From a virus (Duplodnaviria; Caudoviricetes): a stretch of DNA of 64,000 nucleotides. The stretch lies in the IMG/VR virus record IMGVR_UViG_3300021185_002017; one strand, 5' to 3'. Shown here in pieces: positions 28,639-38,373 of this stretch (position 1 is its first letter; every line of letters begins with the position of its first letter). The notes beneath the pieces were generated by a model. That model saw nothing but the letters and a program-made list of their open reading frames with translations. It was not told the origin of the DNA and ran no database searches. A program made the translations under genes and the position numbers.

Positions 28639-29028
28639 TTAGTTGAACCGTTTGAGTTCGTCTTTGGTATAATTGAACTTACATATTGTATCAAACAGTC
28701 TTGCTTCAACTACTTGGGATTTTGTAAAGTCTTTTGTGTTTTTTATAGTGTGTCTATAGAACATTATGTCGTTTTTACACCTATAATACTGTCCCATTAG
28801 CCCTTCTAACTTAATTTTAATAGTTATACTAGGTGCTTTTCCTTTATTACGAAGTCTGCATAAGTATGATGCAACACATTTCATTGGAATTTCTGTTGCT
28901 ACTAAAGATTTAGTAATGTGCTCTTGCACAGCAAATGAATCGTTATGTTTGGTTACAACATACACACCTTTTTTAGCAACATTAGTGGCTATAGTGTCTA
29001 ATTGCTTGGTAAGTCTTTGCTTGTTCAT
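28639..29028 (-). CDS. Hypothetical protein
   Basis: Start MNKQRL chosen because a CATAAATA box lies just upstream. Confidence 0.65.
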   Translation of the reverse strand: MNKQRLTKQLDTIATNVAKKGVYVVTKHNDSFAVQEHITKSLVATEIPMKCVASYLCRLRNKGKAPSITIKIKLEGLMGQYYRCKNDIMFYRHTIKNTKDFTKSQVVEARLFDTICKFNYTKDELKRFN

Positions 29029-29051
29029 ATAGGTATTTATGAACTGGTGTT

Positions 29052-29273
29052 CTATAATTTTTGTTTTGCTGAGTATATAATGTAGCACTCACACCCATTT
29101 TTGTTTACTTTATTGAAAATATTTTTTTGATGCATTACATCACAGAGATGTGCATCACGCTCAGACAGTTCATTTAATTTTAAACCGCCAAACAGTTCAG
29201 CCTGATCATATAGTTGTGTTTCAAACTTGTTAATTAGACTTAAGATGTTATCTTTACCTTTTACTGCTTTCAT
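29052..29273 (-). CDS. Small hypothetical protein
   Basis: 73-aa ORF coupled to the upstream stop. Confidence 0.65.
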   Translation of the reverse strand: MKAVKGKDNILSLINKFETQLYDQAELFGGLKLNELSERDAHLCDVMHQKNIFNKVNKNGCECYIIYSAKQKL

Positions 29274-29947
29274 ATCTTTTGCTGATGCCTTGACTTTTTA
29301 GGCTTACCGTATCCGCCTGTTTGTAAAGTAGCCTCGGCATGCATTGCTGCCATGTGCTTCTTATATTTTTTAGTGCCTTTTTTATGTGGGCTTTTGCCTT
29401 CAGGCATAGTATCTTTGATATCTTTAACCATATCAGGATGTCTAAATTTGCGTAAAATCATTGATTCTATTTGTCGTGTTCTTTCTCTAGTAATACCAAA
29501 CATTTTGCCAACATCTTCTAAACTATGTTGGTCCTCACCGTCAAGTCCATATCGTAAGGCTATAAGTTTTCTTTCTGCAGGTTTTAGTGTATCTAACATT
29601 TTAGAAAGTTTTTCATTTCTCTGCCTGTCCCTTATGTCTTTATCTAAGTCTTGATCGTATGTTAAGTCGTCATCGTCGAATGAATCAAAGTCTTGTGCTT
29701 TGTTTACAGGATCTCTATCATCTAAATGTGGCATAGGTTGTTGCCTGTAAGTTTTGCCATCTGGATTATACAGAGATGCTTGTTGATTTGCATTTGCTTC
29801 GCTTGTTTTTTTCTTCTTTTTCTTTTTAGGAGTTGTATTAGCAAACACACTTGCATTAGGTCTTTTTTGCATAGCACCCATAGGAGCTGCAACGGTAGCA
29901 ATACCACCTGCACTAGTTGTTTCTTGAATAATATCGTTGATCTTCAT
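29270..29947 (-). CDS. Putative head-packaged protein carrying a sigma70 region-4 HTH
   Basis: MKINDIIQE leader; LDTLKPAERKLIALRYGLDGEDQHSLEDVGKMFGITRERTRQIESMILRKFRHP. Confidence 0.8.
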   Translation of the reverse strand: MKINDIIQETTSAGGIATVAAPMGAMQKRPNASVFANTTPKKKKKKKTSEANANQQASLYNPDGKTYRQQPMPHLDDRDPVNKAQDFDSFDDDDLTYDQDLDKDIRDRQRNEKLSKMLDTLKPAERKLIALRYGLDGEDQHSLEDVGKMFGITRERTRQIESMILRKFRHPDMVKDIKDTMPEGKSPHKKGTKKYKKHMAAMHAEATLQTGGYGKPKKSRHQQKI

Positions 29948-29968
29948 AGTAGTATTTACCGTTTTTAA

Positions 29969-30505
29969 TTATGTTAGTCTAACGTTTACAATGTCCCAGT
30001 TAATAATACGCCACATATTGTTTAAGTATTTGCCTTTGTCATGTTGGTAATCTAATGCCCAAGCATGTTCCCACCAGTCAACTAACATTGCAATGTCATT
30101 TTTAACTTGATGATTAACTATTGTTTTGATATCACCGGATGTACTCATGTATACCCAGCCGCTACCTTGTATCTTCATTGCTACTTCTTCGAACTGTTCT
30201 TTGAATGTAGCAAAGTCTCCATACTTACTGTCTATAAGTTCTTTACTTGCACCAGTAGGATTATTACTACCACCTGGTGCTTTCAATTGTGGAAAAAATA
30301 TATTGTGTAAGAATGCACCTGCTTCCATAAACTGTGCATCGCCTTTGCCCTCGTTAAATTTTGTAACGTATGCTTTAGCAAGTTTACCATAGTGAAAGTT
30401 AATTGTGTCCTCACTCATAACAGGATCGAGATCGCTTTTACCGTAAGGTAATCTTTCTTGTACAAGTACTTTCTTTTCTTCTGTTAAAAAATCATTTAAG
30501 TTCAC
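29969..30505 (-). CDS. sod: Fe/Mn superoxide dismutase
   Basis: LPY...L.P...T..FHY.K...Y, LHNIFF, GSGW, DWWEHAW..DY; all four metal ligands present. Confidence 0.9.
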   Translation of the reverse strand: MNLNDFLTEEKKVLVQERLPYGKSDLDPVMSEDTINFHYGKLAKAYVTKFNEGKGDAQFMEAGAFLHNIFFPQLKAPGGSNNPTGASKELIDSKYGDFATFKEQFEEVAMKIQGSGWVYMSTSGDIKTIVNHQVKNDIAMLVDWWEHAWALDYQHDKGKYLNNMWRIINWDIVNVRLT

Positions 30506-31398
30506 TTCTTTTTTCCGCCTTTCATGTTAGCACACCAGTGATACATTTTGCCTTTTTCACCACTATACTTTTTAGCCTTTGCTCTTAAACTTGTTACAGA
30601 ACCTTTACAACTAGCACCTGCTTTTTTGACTCTACCAGGCTTGCTTTTGCCTTTCTTCTTACCGTCTGCAAAGTTTTCGTCGATTGCATTTAATAATGCT
30701 TGAAGGTCTTGCATTGCTTCTATTGTTTCGTATATGCTACCGCCAAACTTAACACTTGAAGTTTTCTTCTTTTTCTTCTTTTTCTTTTTCTTGTACGGTG
30801 CTAGTGTACCTATTCCTAAAAATCCTCTACTAACAGGAGCATCCATAGTAGGAGCATCGCCTGGATCAGCACCACCTACATCACCACCTGCATCACCACC
30901 GGAATCGCCTCCGCCTGTTGCTGCACCACCATCACCACCTGCACTTGCACCACCACTGGCTCCACCTGAGCCTCCTGCTCCGGCTCCACCGCCGGCTCCA
31001 CCACCACCGCCTCCGGCGCCGTCTTCGTATGTTTCTTCGTCTCTGGCTTTACTACTGTAATGCTTTATTAATTCTTCTATAGTAGCATCGACTCTAATTG
31101 CTTTAACTTTATCTAAGTCTAATTCTAATGCTACATCATATCTATGATGTCCGTTGACAATAAAATTATTTTTGTCTATAATTATAGGTCTTATACTACC
31201 ATCATCAAAGCCACGCTTTGCTTTATCTTTTAATCCTTTTACTCGTTGCTTTTGCACAGGCTTTAGATTAGATACTGATATGTTTCCTAACTTATATGAG
31301 AAAGGGCCGTCGTCAAGATCAGGTTGCCTAATCTGAGGCATAATCTTTCGCGGGAAGTTTTTTTCTTGCTCCGGCCTTTGTAACTCAGAAAGTTTCAT
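30502..31398 (-). CDS. ParB/Srx-like domain fused to Gly-rich, poly-Lys and basic C-terminal modules
   Basis: LKPVQ...PIIIDKNNFIVNGHHRY; GGAGGG tract; KKKKKKKKKK. Confidence 0.7.
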   Translation of the reverse strand: MKLSELQRPEQEKNFPRKIMPQIRQPDLDDGPFSYKLGNISVSNLKPVQKQRVKGLKDKAKRGFDDGSIRPIIIDKNNFIVNGHHRYDVALELDLDKVKAIRVDATIEELIKHYSSKARDEETYEDGAGGGGGGAGGGAGAGGSGGASGGASAGGDGGAATGGGDSGGDAGGDVGGADPGDAPTMDAPVSRGFLGIGTLAPYKKKKKKKKKKTSSVKFGGSIYETIEAMQDLQALLNAIDENFADGKKKGKSKPGRVKKAGASCKGSVTSLRAKAKKYSGEKGKMYHWCANMKGGKKK

Positions 31399-34300
31399 TA
31401 TCTCATTGATACCTGTACTGCTGGTCCATTCATCTTGTCACCCCAATCCAATGAACCCAATTTAAACTTGTCTAAGTGATTTTTATAATCATCTACATCA
31501 AATGCTAAACTTTTCTTGCCGCCAAGTTTTAAGAACAAGAACATACTAAAGCCTTTTTCTTTGAGTATGTTTGCATAACTGCTGTAAGATATTTCGCCTG
31601 CTAGTGTACTTGCATCCGCTCTATCCATGCCAGTGTAGTTTGCAATCATATAGTTAATCATGCTTTTATCGCCATATTTAAATGTAGCAGTAAATAGTTC
31701 TTGTATGTATGCTTTACCTGCACCTGCTGCAAGTGTGTCTAATTGAGTAGCAATATCCAGGAAGTGTGTTCCTGCTCTACTACCTGCGTTACCACTTGGT
31801 AAACGTTGTGGTCTATCTTCTGGTGCAATTTTAAACTTGTCGTAAACTGCATCTAACTGTGGCTGTCCGTAGTCGGCATTACTATTTTTAAGTCTGCCAC
31901 CACCACTTGACTTCTCACCTTTAACTTCAACTTCGACACCATCAATTTTTAAATCACCTACACTAGCAAATGTAATGTTAGGTGCTAACAGTGCAAGACC
32001 AACTTCGCCTGGTCCTCTATTAGAGCCTTCAATGTTTAGTGCTATGTTAAACAAGTTATCATATAGTTCTGTTATAAATTCTGTACTAACTCCTTCGGCA
32101 CCTTTTAGCCATTGATCCCATGTTGATGCACCGTCTGCCATTAAAACTTTAGTATCAACATAGCTCACTTGTCCGTATGTGGAAAGGAAGTTTTCGATGT
32201 CGTCAAAATCACCCTTAGTATTCATAATTGCTTTTACGAACTCTGGTAGTACACCTTTATAACTGTAGTCTGCTTCTGGTGCTGTTTTCTCTGGCTTTAA
32301 GAAATCTTCAGGGTGTACTCGTTCATGGTTTTCAGCATCTGTTCTCATAAAACGGTAAACTCGTTGTATGAATGCTGGGTTATCTTTTAATTTATCTATA
32401 ATAAAATTGAATCTTTCTTTATCTCTGTCTAAGTCATCTTCCGACAACATGCTTTCTTTAAGTCCTGCTTTTTGTTTAATAGTAGGATGTACTTTGTTTT
32501 GTACAAAGCCTTTGAATATAGAACGCAAATCAGTATCAGGACCTGCACCACTAGCGGCTTCTCTGAAAGCTCTAATCATACTAGGATCAGGTACTACAAA
32601 ATATGCTTCCATTTGTGCTTTTAAATCACTAGCAAGTAACGGAACATTTAGTAACTCTTGTATCTTCTTTTCTGGTGAGTTGTCTGGTACTGCACCTTCT
32701 ACATATTTTGCTTTTTTACCAGACTTATTAGGGTGTTCAAAACCTTTACCTTTCTTTTTATATGCTTCGTTGATTTTATTACTGTCAACTTTGTTCAATA
32801 AGTTTAATTGCTCTTCTAGTGGCAACTTGTCAAACTTGTTAAATGTACTTTCTTTACTCATCCTTCTAATCCTATCTCTTTGAGCTTGGGCGTCAGCTTC
32901 GCTACTATGTACTGTACTAACATCGTCTCCTAGACTACCATCAGCATTTAGTCTAAAATAGTTTCCGCCACTTACTTTATAATTTTTTTCTATGTATTCT
33001 TTAGCCGCTTTAACCGCAGCCGCCCATCTTTCTGTGCCTATTGCTTTTTCATTATCTGGGCGCCAGTTGTGATTGCTGTCAAATTGATCATAAACTTTCT
33101 GTAACAAGTTTACACCTTGATTGCCTACGCCACGCTCTATTTTTAAGTAGTCTGCTAGATTACCCCAATTTGTGCTATTTGCTACACCGTTTGAAGATGC
33201 TCCTTCAAGTCCTTCTACATCAGCGGCGTCAACCATACCCGATATTGCGTTCTTTGCTTTTTGTTGTTTTTCTTGGTCTGCTTTTGCCTTCTTAGAAAGT
33301 TCTGGATTATTTACATGCCACGAAGCTGCTGCCATTGTATCAAGCGGTTCGCCGTATGGTCCTTCTGCTTCTTCACTTGGAAGTAATGGCTTGAACTGAC
33401 CCATTCCTTCTCTGCCATCACCTAAGGATGGCTCAAATTTGACATTTCTTTGCTTTAATAAATTTTTAATTTCACCATCATTTGAATTTATGTTTATGTA
33501 ATTACTTTCGTCTGCTACTCCACTAAAACCAGCATCGTAAACTTGCTGGAATTTACGAAGTACTTTCATTGCTACTTTCTCTCTCCATGTACCTTTATGT
33601 GCATCATTTGCTAATATATCACTAGCAACTAATGCCTGATGATAATGAGCAGTAGGTATACTTAGTATGTTTCCAAGTCTACTTTGTACTTTACTTTGTG
33701 GGCTTTGTAATTCTTGGGCAATATCACGGTCAGTGATCATATCTTCGCCGGCTTTAAGATTTCTATAATACGAACTTGAAACAAATATTGAACCACCAAA
33801 TTTAAATACTGGAAGTGTACCAATGTGTGGAGACCCGTGTTTTTTCTTAAACTGATCCTGTTTTACATCTAATTTTTTCTTTTTATCAATGGCTGTTTGT
33901 TGAGAATCAAATCCAAACTCTTGTGCAATTTTATCAAACCCTTCTAAGAAATTTTTTATATTAGTGGTACGCTCGCCAATTAACTTTTGTATATACTCGT
34001 CATCGTAGTAATCAGGAGTTCCTTTCTTTTTATCGTAATATCTTTCGTATGAAGATCTTAAATAATCTTGCATTGTATTTCTAAATCTGTGTGCAACTGG
34101 TTCACTAAACGCATCTGGTCTGCCTCTAACTTCATCAATAGCATTTTCCAATGTCTCTGCAGCATATTTGCTCATTGCAAAATATGCAGGACCTTCACGC
34201 ACATCTTCATGTCTAGTGCCTTTTACTTGAGGATGGTTATCAACCATATAATTGTCTTCGGCTTTATTTTGCTTAACTAGTTTTTCTGCAAGATCAGCAA

Positions 34301-37274
34301 TTACCTTCATGCTATCATAATATTTTGCAGGCTGGTCTTGTCTAACATCTTCTAAATGTTCCCAACGAAGTCTCATTTTTTGCAACATTTTACTCATTGC
34401 ATTTTCAATATAACTGTCTTGTCCTTGCTGTAGATCTGGATTATGATCTCTAGAAACAGCATGTTCCCATTGTGGGAATTTTTTGATATAATCTTGTAAT
34501 TTGTTTAGCTCTTTTTTCATTATAGGCATGCCGGGTTCAAACATCTCTTGGTAATCATACCCTCCGGAAATTACTCTTTTATGAAAAATTTTATATTGTG
34601 AATTAATATCAGATGATGTTTGAGTTGCTTTGTCTATAAACTCACCAGCATAATCTTTGCTTACTCTTGGAGATGCTGTATCGATAAGGTCAGCAAGTTT
34701 TTCTTTGTCTAAGCCGTCTTCGGCATGCACAGCATTCCATAGTCCTTGTACAATTCTATCTGTTTGTGCCGCAGTTAAATAATCTGGTTCTACAACAACT
34801 GTCTTTTTAAATAATCTATCGGAACCATTCTTAATTCTACTTAAACGTTCTTTATGTGTTAAGGTACCGCCTGGGTTTCTACCAATCTCAACTGATTGAT
34901 TAACATCAGGCGTAATAATTATCTTTCCTAATTGTTCGACAGTTAATTTAAATTCAGGTAATGTTTTTCTTAGTACGCCAATGCCTTTAGCATTAATAGT
35001 TGCACGGTTTAAATTTTGACTTATATCATAACCTGCCTGTGCTATTGCTCTTGCAAATTTGTTTTGTGCTTTCTTTAAGTATGCTTCAGCCTGTTTGCTT
35101 GGTGCTATTGTACTTGGTTGTATATAACCTGTTGTGGTTTCATCTTCTTCTAATCCATCAAGTTTTGTACCTGTACCTTTTTCGAAATCCTTTACACTTT
35201 GTTTCCATTTTTTATCAGCACCCGGAGCACTTAATTTTTTATATTCTTCTAATGTGTTAAATGCTGATGCCACTAAGTACATACTGTTAACATAATTTTC
35301 TTTAGAAAAATAACCTTTTAATACATCTATTGCAGGATGTTCGACATCTGTTCTACTTTTTACACGCTCTTCATCATCAGGTGAAATAGTATCTAGTTTG
35401 CTTATCATTCTAAACAATGCTTTTACATAGTCGTCATTGTACATCTTGTCGCTATATGCAGCAGTCAATGTTGCCGCATATCTAACAATTGCTTTTACTG
35501 CTGTATTATAATTATTATGGTAATCGTTGCCACCACCAATTCTAAATTCAATTAATTGGTTGCCTGTCTCTTTGTCAGATTCTTGTTTAAAATTAATAGC
35601 ACTGAACTTATCTCTACTAATACCGCCTTTTAATATTTCTTCAATACCTTTTATAGTTTTAGTACTGTCAGGATTTCTTTTAAGTTCACTTGCCATTCTT
35701 TTTAAGTTATCCATTTGGCTTTTTGCATAAGAGTTTCCTTCTCTGCCAAATGTACTTAATAAATATTTGTCGCCTAACAGTACAGCAAGTTTAACATCGT
35801 TAATATCTTCTTTTTCTTCACTGTCTAGACTCATTGTAACATGTAATCCAGTTGAACTATTTGTTTCGGCGCCTTGCTCTTCTAACCACTCAAATAAACT
35901 TTTCATTTCACCGAGCATTTCTTTTGGTGTGCTGTACACTGGGCTAATTATTTCTGCCCCTGTGCCACCTGAATCAATCGAACTATCATCCTCTACACGC
36001 CAATAATCTATTCCACCGCTAGTGGAATGATATTCACCAACTTGTACTTCGTTGAACTTACTGTTATTGTACATCCAGTCTTCTAATCCCGCGGACACTT
36101 CCTCTAATCCGCCGCCTCCATTTGGATTGTAAAGATAAATTCCAAATTCTGAAAGACAACTACTCCAACTACCGTACTCGTTACTTGCCCAGTCGTCTAT
36201 GCTATTACTATCTCTTGCATCATCATAGGCTCTTTCCATTGCTTCGCCTTCGTCGCGAACACCATCTGCAAGCCATTCTTTGTACTCATCGAGTAATTCT
36301 TCTTCCACATACTGACGACCCCAAGCCATAAAGTCCCAATCTTCGAACTCTTCCAATTGGTCATCGTCCATGTCTTCTACTTGATTTTCTTTGTATTCCC
36401 TTATGTCATCTTCGTCTAATTCTTGATCTATGTAATCGTTGAGATATACTTCGTCCTCTTCTCTTTCGCTAACTATTTCCCAAACAATATCACTTTCGAG
36501 GTCCATCGCCTGTTCGCTAATCCATTCATCGTACGCATCATTAATAGTATCAACCGAGCCTCGACCATCTTGATCTGCAACAAAATCTTCAATGTCATAC
36601 CAGTTATATTCGTATAACCAGTCACCCTCATCATCATCACTTCCACCATAAATATTTTCCCAACTTGTTTCGGCTTCGAATCCACATTTAATAGGTGCAA
36701 CTAATGCTTCTTTTGCTAACTTCTGACTATTAAAATTAATCTCAAATAGTAGTTCGTCACCTTGCTCACGGCGTTTATGCTCTCGAGTAAGTCTCTTAAT
36801 TTTTTGGCCTATGTGACTTTTCTTTTGTCTTTTAGTAAGCATTTTGCCAAGTTTGCCTTCACTTACTTCCTGCTCTTCGCCTGGCAGTGTAATATCATCG
36901 TCTGGATTAAGTGTAAAAAATTCTTTGCTTTTTTGGTTTTGTACAACAACTGCATCTTTGTTTAAGCCATTGTCTACTGGGCTTACAACTTTAATAATGT
37001 CGCCTTTGTCGTCTTGGTATTCAAAGTCTTGTGCTAACTCTTTTGCTTTTGATATAGTTGGCTCAACTGGTGCTGGTTGTTCAGTGTCAGTCTTATTTTG
37101 CTGACTGCTAGGACTTACTTGAGGTTTGTTTACACTTGATTTTGGTGGTTTAGCGGCTGCTGTTGCTTTAGCAGTTGAACCTGTTTTTTGTTGAGATGTT
37201 GGTGTACTTGCACCACTAGACATGCCGTACTCAGAAATTAAAGACTTTAGTGTGCGTATATCCTTCGCTTTCAT
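31398..37274 (-). CDS. 1958-aa multidomain protein: amidoligase (COOH-NH2 ligase)-like domain plus C-terminal PD-(D/E)XK-like domain
   Basis: CGFEAE...DDSSI...GAEIISP...STGLHV...KFSAINF...IEFRIGGG; C-terminal GPGE...GDLKIDGVEVEVKG...GGRL. Confidence 0.7.
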   Translation of the reverse strand: MKAKDIRTLKSLISEYGMSSGASTPTSQQKTGSTAKATAAAKPPKSSVNKPQVSPSSQQNKTDTEQPAPVEPTISKAKELAQDFEYQDDKGDIIKVVSPVDNGLNKDAVVVQNQKSKEFFTLNPDDDITLPGEEQEVSEGKLGKMLTKRQKKSHIGQKIKRLTREHKRREQGDELLFEINFNSQKLAKEALVAPIKCGFEAETSWENIYGGSDDDEGDWLYEYNWYDIEDFVADQDGRGSVDTINDAYDEWISEQAMDLESDIVWEIVSEREEDEVYLNDYIDQELDEDDIREYKENQVEDMDDDQLEEFEDWDFMAWGRQYVEEELLDEYKEWLADGVRDEGEAMERAYDDARDSNSIDDWASNEYGSWSSCLSEFGIYLYNPNGGGGLEEVSAGLEDWMYNNSKFNEVQVGEYHSTSGGIDYWRVEDDSSIDSGGTGAEIISPVYSTPKEMLGEMKSLFEWLEEQGAETNSSTGLHVTMSLDSEEKEDINDVKLAVLLGDKYLLSTFGREGNSYAKSQMDNLKRMASELKRNPDSTKTIKGIEEILKGGISRDKFSAINFKQESDKETGNQLIEFRIGGGNDYHNNYNTAVKAIVRYAATLTAAYSDKMYNDDYVKALFRMISKLDTISPDDEERVKSRTDVEHPAIDVLKGYFSKENYVNSMYLVASAFNTLEEYKKLSAPGADKKWKQSVKDFEKGTGTKLDGLEEDETTTGYIQPSTIAPSKQAEAYLKKAQNKFARAIAQAGYDISQNLNRATINAKGIGVLRKTLPEFKLTVEQLGKIIITPDVNQSVEIGRNPGGTLTHKERLSRIKNGSDRLFKKTVVVEPDYLTAAQTDRIVQGLWNAVHAEDGLDKEKLADLIDTASPRVSKDYAGEFIDKATQTSSDINSQYKIFHKRVISGGYDYQEMFEPGMPIMKKELNKLQDYIKKFPQWEHAVSRDHNPDLQQGQDSYIENAMSKMLQKMRLRWEHLEDVRQDQPAKYYDSMKVIADLAEKLVKQNKAEDNYMVDNHPQVKGTRHEDVREGPAYFAMSKYAAETLENAIDEVRGRPDAFSEPVAHRFRNTMQDYLRSSYERYYDKKKGTPDYYDDEYIQKLIGERTTNIKNFLEGFDKIAQEFGFDSQQTAIDKKKKLDVKQDQFKKKHGSPHIGTLPVFKFGGSIFVSSSYYRNLKAGEDMITDRDIAQELQSPQSKVQSRLGNILSIPTAHYHQALVASDILANDAHKGTWREKVAMKVLRKFQQVYDAGFSGVADESNYININSNDGEIKNLLKQRNVKFEPSLGDGREGMGQFKPLLPSEEAEGPYGEPLDTMAAASWHVNNPELSKKAKADQEKQQKAKNAISGMVDAADVEGLEGASSNGVANSTNWGNLADYLKIERGVGNQGVNLLQKVYDQFDSNHNWRPDNEKAIGTERWAAAVKAAKEYIEKNYKVSGGNYFRLNADGSLGDDVSTVHSSEADAQAQRDRIRRMSKESTFNKFDKLPLEEQLNLLNKVDSNKINEAYKKKGKGFEHPNKSGKKAKYVEGAVPDNSPEKKIQELLNVPLLASDLKAQMEAYFVVPDPSMIRAFREAASGAGPDTDLRSIFKGFVQNKVHPTIKQKAGLKESMLSEDDLDRDKERFNFIIDKLKDNPAFIQRVYRFMRTDAENHERVHPEDFLKPEKTAPEADYSYKGVLPEFVKAIMNTKGDFDDIENFLSTYGQVSYVDTKVLMADGASTWDQWLKGAEGVSTEFITELYDNLFNIALNIEGSNRGPGEVGLALLAPNITFASVGDLKIDGVEVEVKGEKSSGGGRLKNSNADYGQPQLDAVYDKFKIAPEDRPQRLPSGNAGSRAGTHFLDIATQLDTLAAGAGKAYIQELFTATFKYGDKSMINYMIANYTGMDRADASTLAGEISYSSYANILKEKGFSMFLFLKLGGKKSLAFDVDDYKNHLDKFKLGSLDWGDKMNGPAVQVSMR

Positions 37275-37280
37275 CTTGTA

Positions 37281-37577
37281 TTAACGCCTTCTTCTTACTG
37301 GTCTATTGAGTGATTTTAACCTCTTTGCCATAGGATTAAATCTTTTAGTTCTACGAGCTTTACGAATCATTCGTTTGCCCATTTTGGCTTTTGTTCTTCT
37401 CAGTGTCATACGCTTTTTGAGATCAATTGGCTTTGCACATTGACTTGGATTAGCAACAACTCTGCCTGCTCGTGGACCGCTTGTACAACGGACAGCACGT
37501 TTAATCTTGTTGCCCATACGGCGCCAAACCATACGAGCTTCGAGGATTTCTCCCTCTACTATTTCATCAAGTCTCAT
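37281..37577 (-). CDS. Very basic small protein (putative DNA-condensing head protein)
   Basis: True start likely MRLDEIVEGEILE; 33 of the following 85 residues are Arg/Lys. Confidence 0.7.
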   Translation of the reverse strand: MRLDEIVEGEILEARMVWRRMGNKIKRAVRCTSGPRAGRVVANPSQCAKPIDLKKRMTLRRTKAKMGKRMIRKARRTKRFNPMAKRLKSLNRPVRRRR

Positions 37578-37825
37578 CCTAATAAGCTCTCTAATAATAT
37601 TGCTATTGTACCTAGCAATGAAGTAACAGTAACAGCAACTATGCCAATAATCCATCCTTCCATTTTATTTAATCTTTGCTTAGTATCATCTTTAAATTCA
37701 CGCAACTCAGTTGTTATTGCTTCAATACGAAGCATGTCAGCAATGATGTGTGCTTCGATATTTCCTGAGTATGCCGGTAGTGATTCAGCAGCTTGATCTA
37801 ACTCTGGTTTTGTTTTCTTTGGCAT
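37574..37825 (-). CDS. Coiled-coil plus single-TM small protein
   Basis: C-terminal hydrophobic helix WIIGIVAVTVTSLLGTIAILL. Confidence 0.7.
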   Translation of the reverse strand: MPKKTKPELDQAAESLPAYSGNIEAHIIADMLRIEAITTELREFKDDTKQRLNKMEGWIIGIVAVTVTSLLGTIAILLESLLG

Positions 37826-37826
37826 G

Positions 37827-38231
37827 TTATAATAAATCCTGTTTTGTGAATTCCATATTTACTGAATTCTTTGTATCTATTGTGCCTGCATTTAATACAA
37901 TACCGTCAAGTTCATCAACTAATGTAGTAATGCTATGCACACTCTCACGCTCAAAAGCAAATTTAAAAATCCAGCCAGCACCTGTCATAGTTGGTGCTCC
38001 ATATCCTTCTAGTACATTAGCACCTACTCCGCTTAATGCAACTGGCTTGTTCATGATAATTGGCATAGCTCTTAAGCCAATAACTTGAACAACACTTTCA
38101 AAATCTTTTTGCGTATTGTTTGTAAAATCACCAGTATGTGTAATGTCTAATGATGTATATAATGTGTAAAATTCTATGTTTCCTGTTACAACTTCTTGGC
38201 TGTTCATTGCGCCTGATCTATTTAATGTCAT
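37827..38231 (-). CDS. Putative virion protein
   Basis: GGAG SD before MTLNRSG; late box at 38253-38260. Confidence 0.7.
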   Translation of the reverse strand: MTLNRSGAMNSQEVVTGNIEFYTLYTSLDITHTGDFTNNTQKDFESVVQVIGLRAMPIIMNKPVALSGVGANVLEGYGAPTMTGAGWIFKFAFERESVHSITTLVDELDGIVLNAGTIDTKNSVNMEFTKQDLL

Positions 38232-38299
38232 GTGTGTCTCCGATATATACACTATTTATCATCAAACTGTTAACAGGTATCTAAAAATTTTTGCTGGTC

Positions 38300-38328
38300 A
38301 AAAAAAAGCACTCCGAAGAGTGCTCTTT
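38300..38328 (-). terminator. Intrinsic terminator with cUUCGg loop
   Basis: AGCACTC TTCG GAGTGCT followed by T7. Confidence 0.85.
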
Positions 38329-38373
38329 AATGTGACGCCTTGCAACATCACGTTCCTAAGGTAGTAAGGAATT

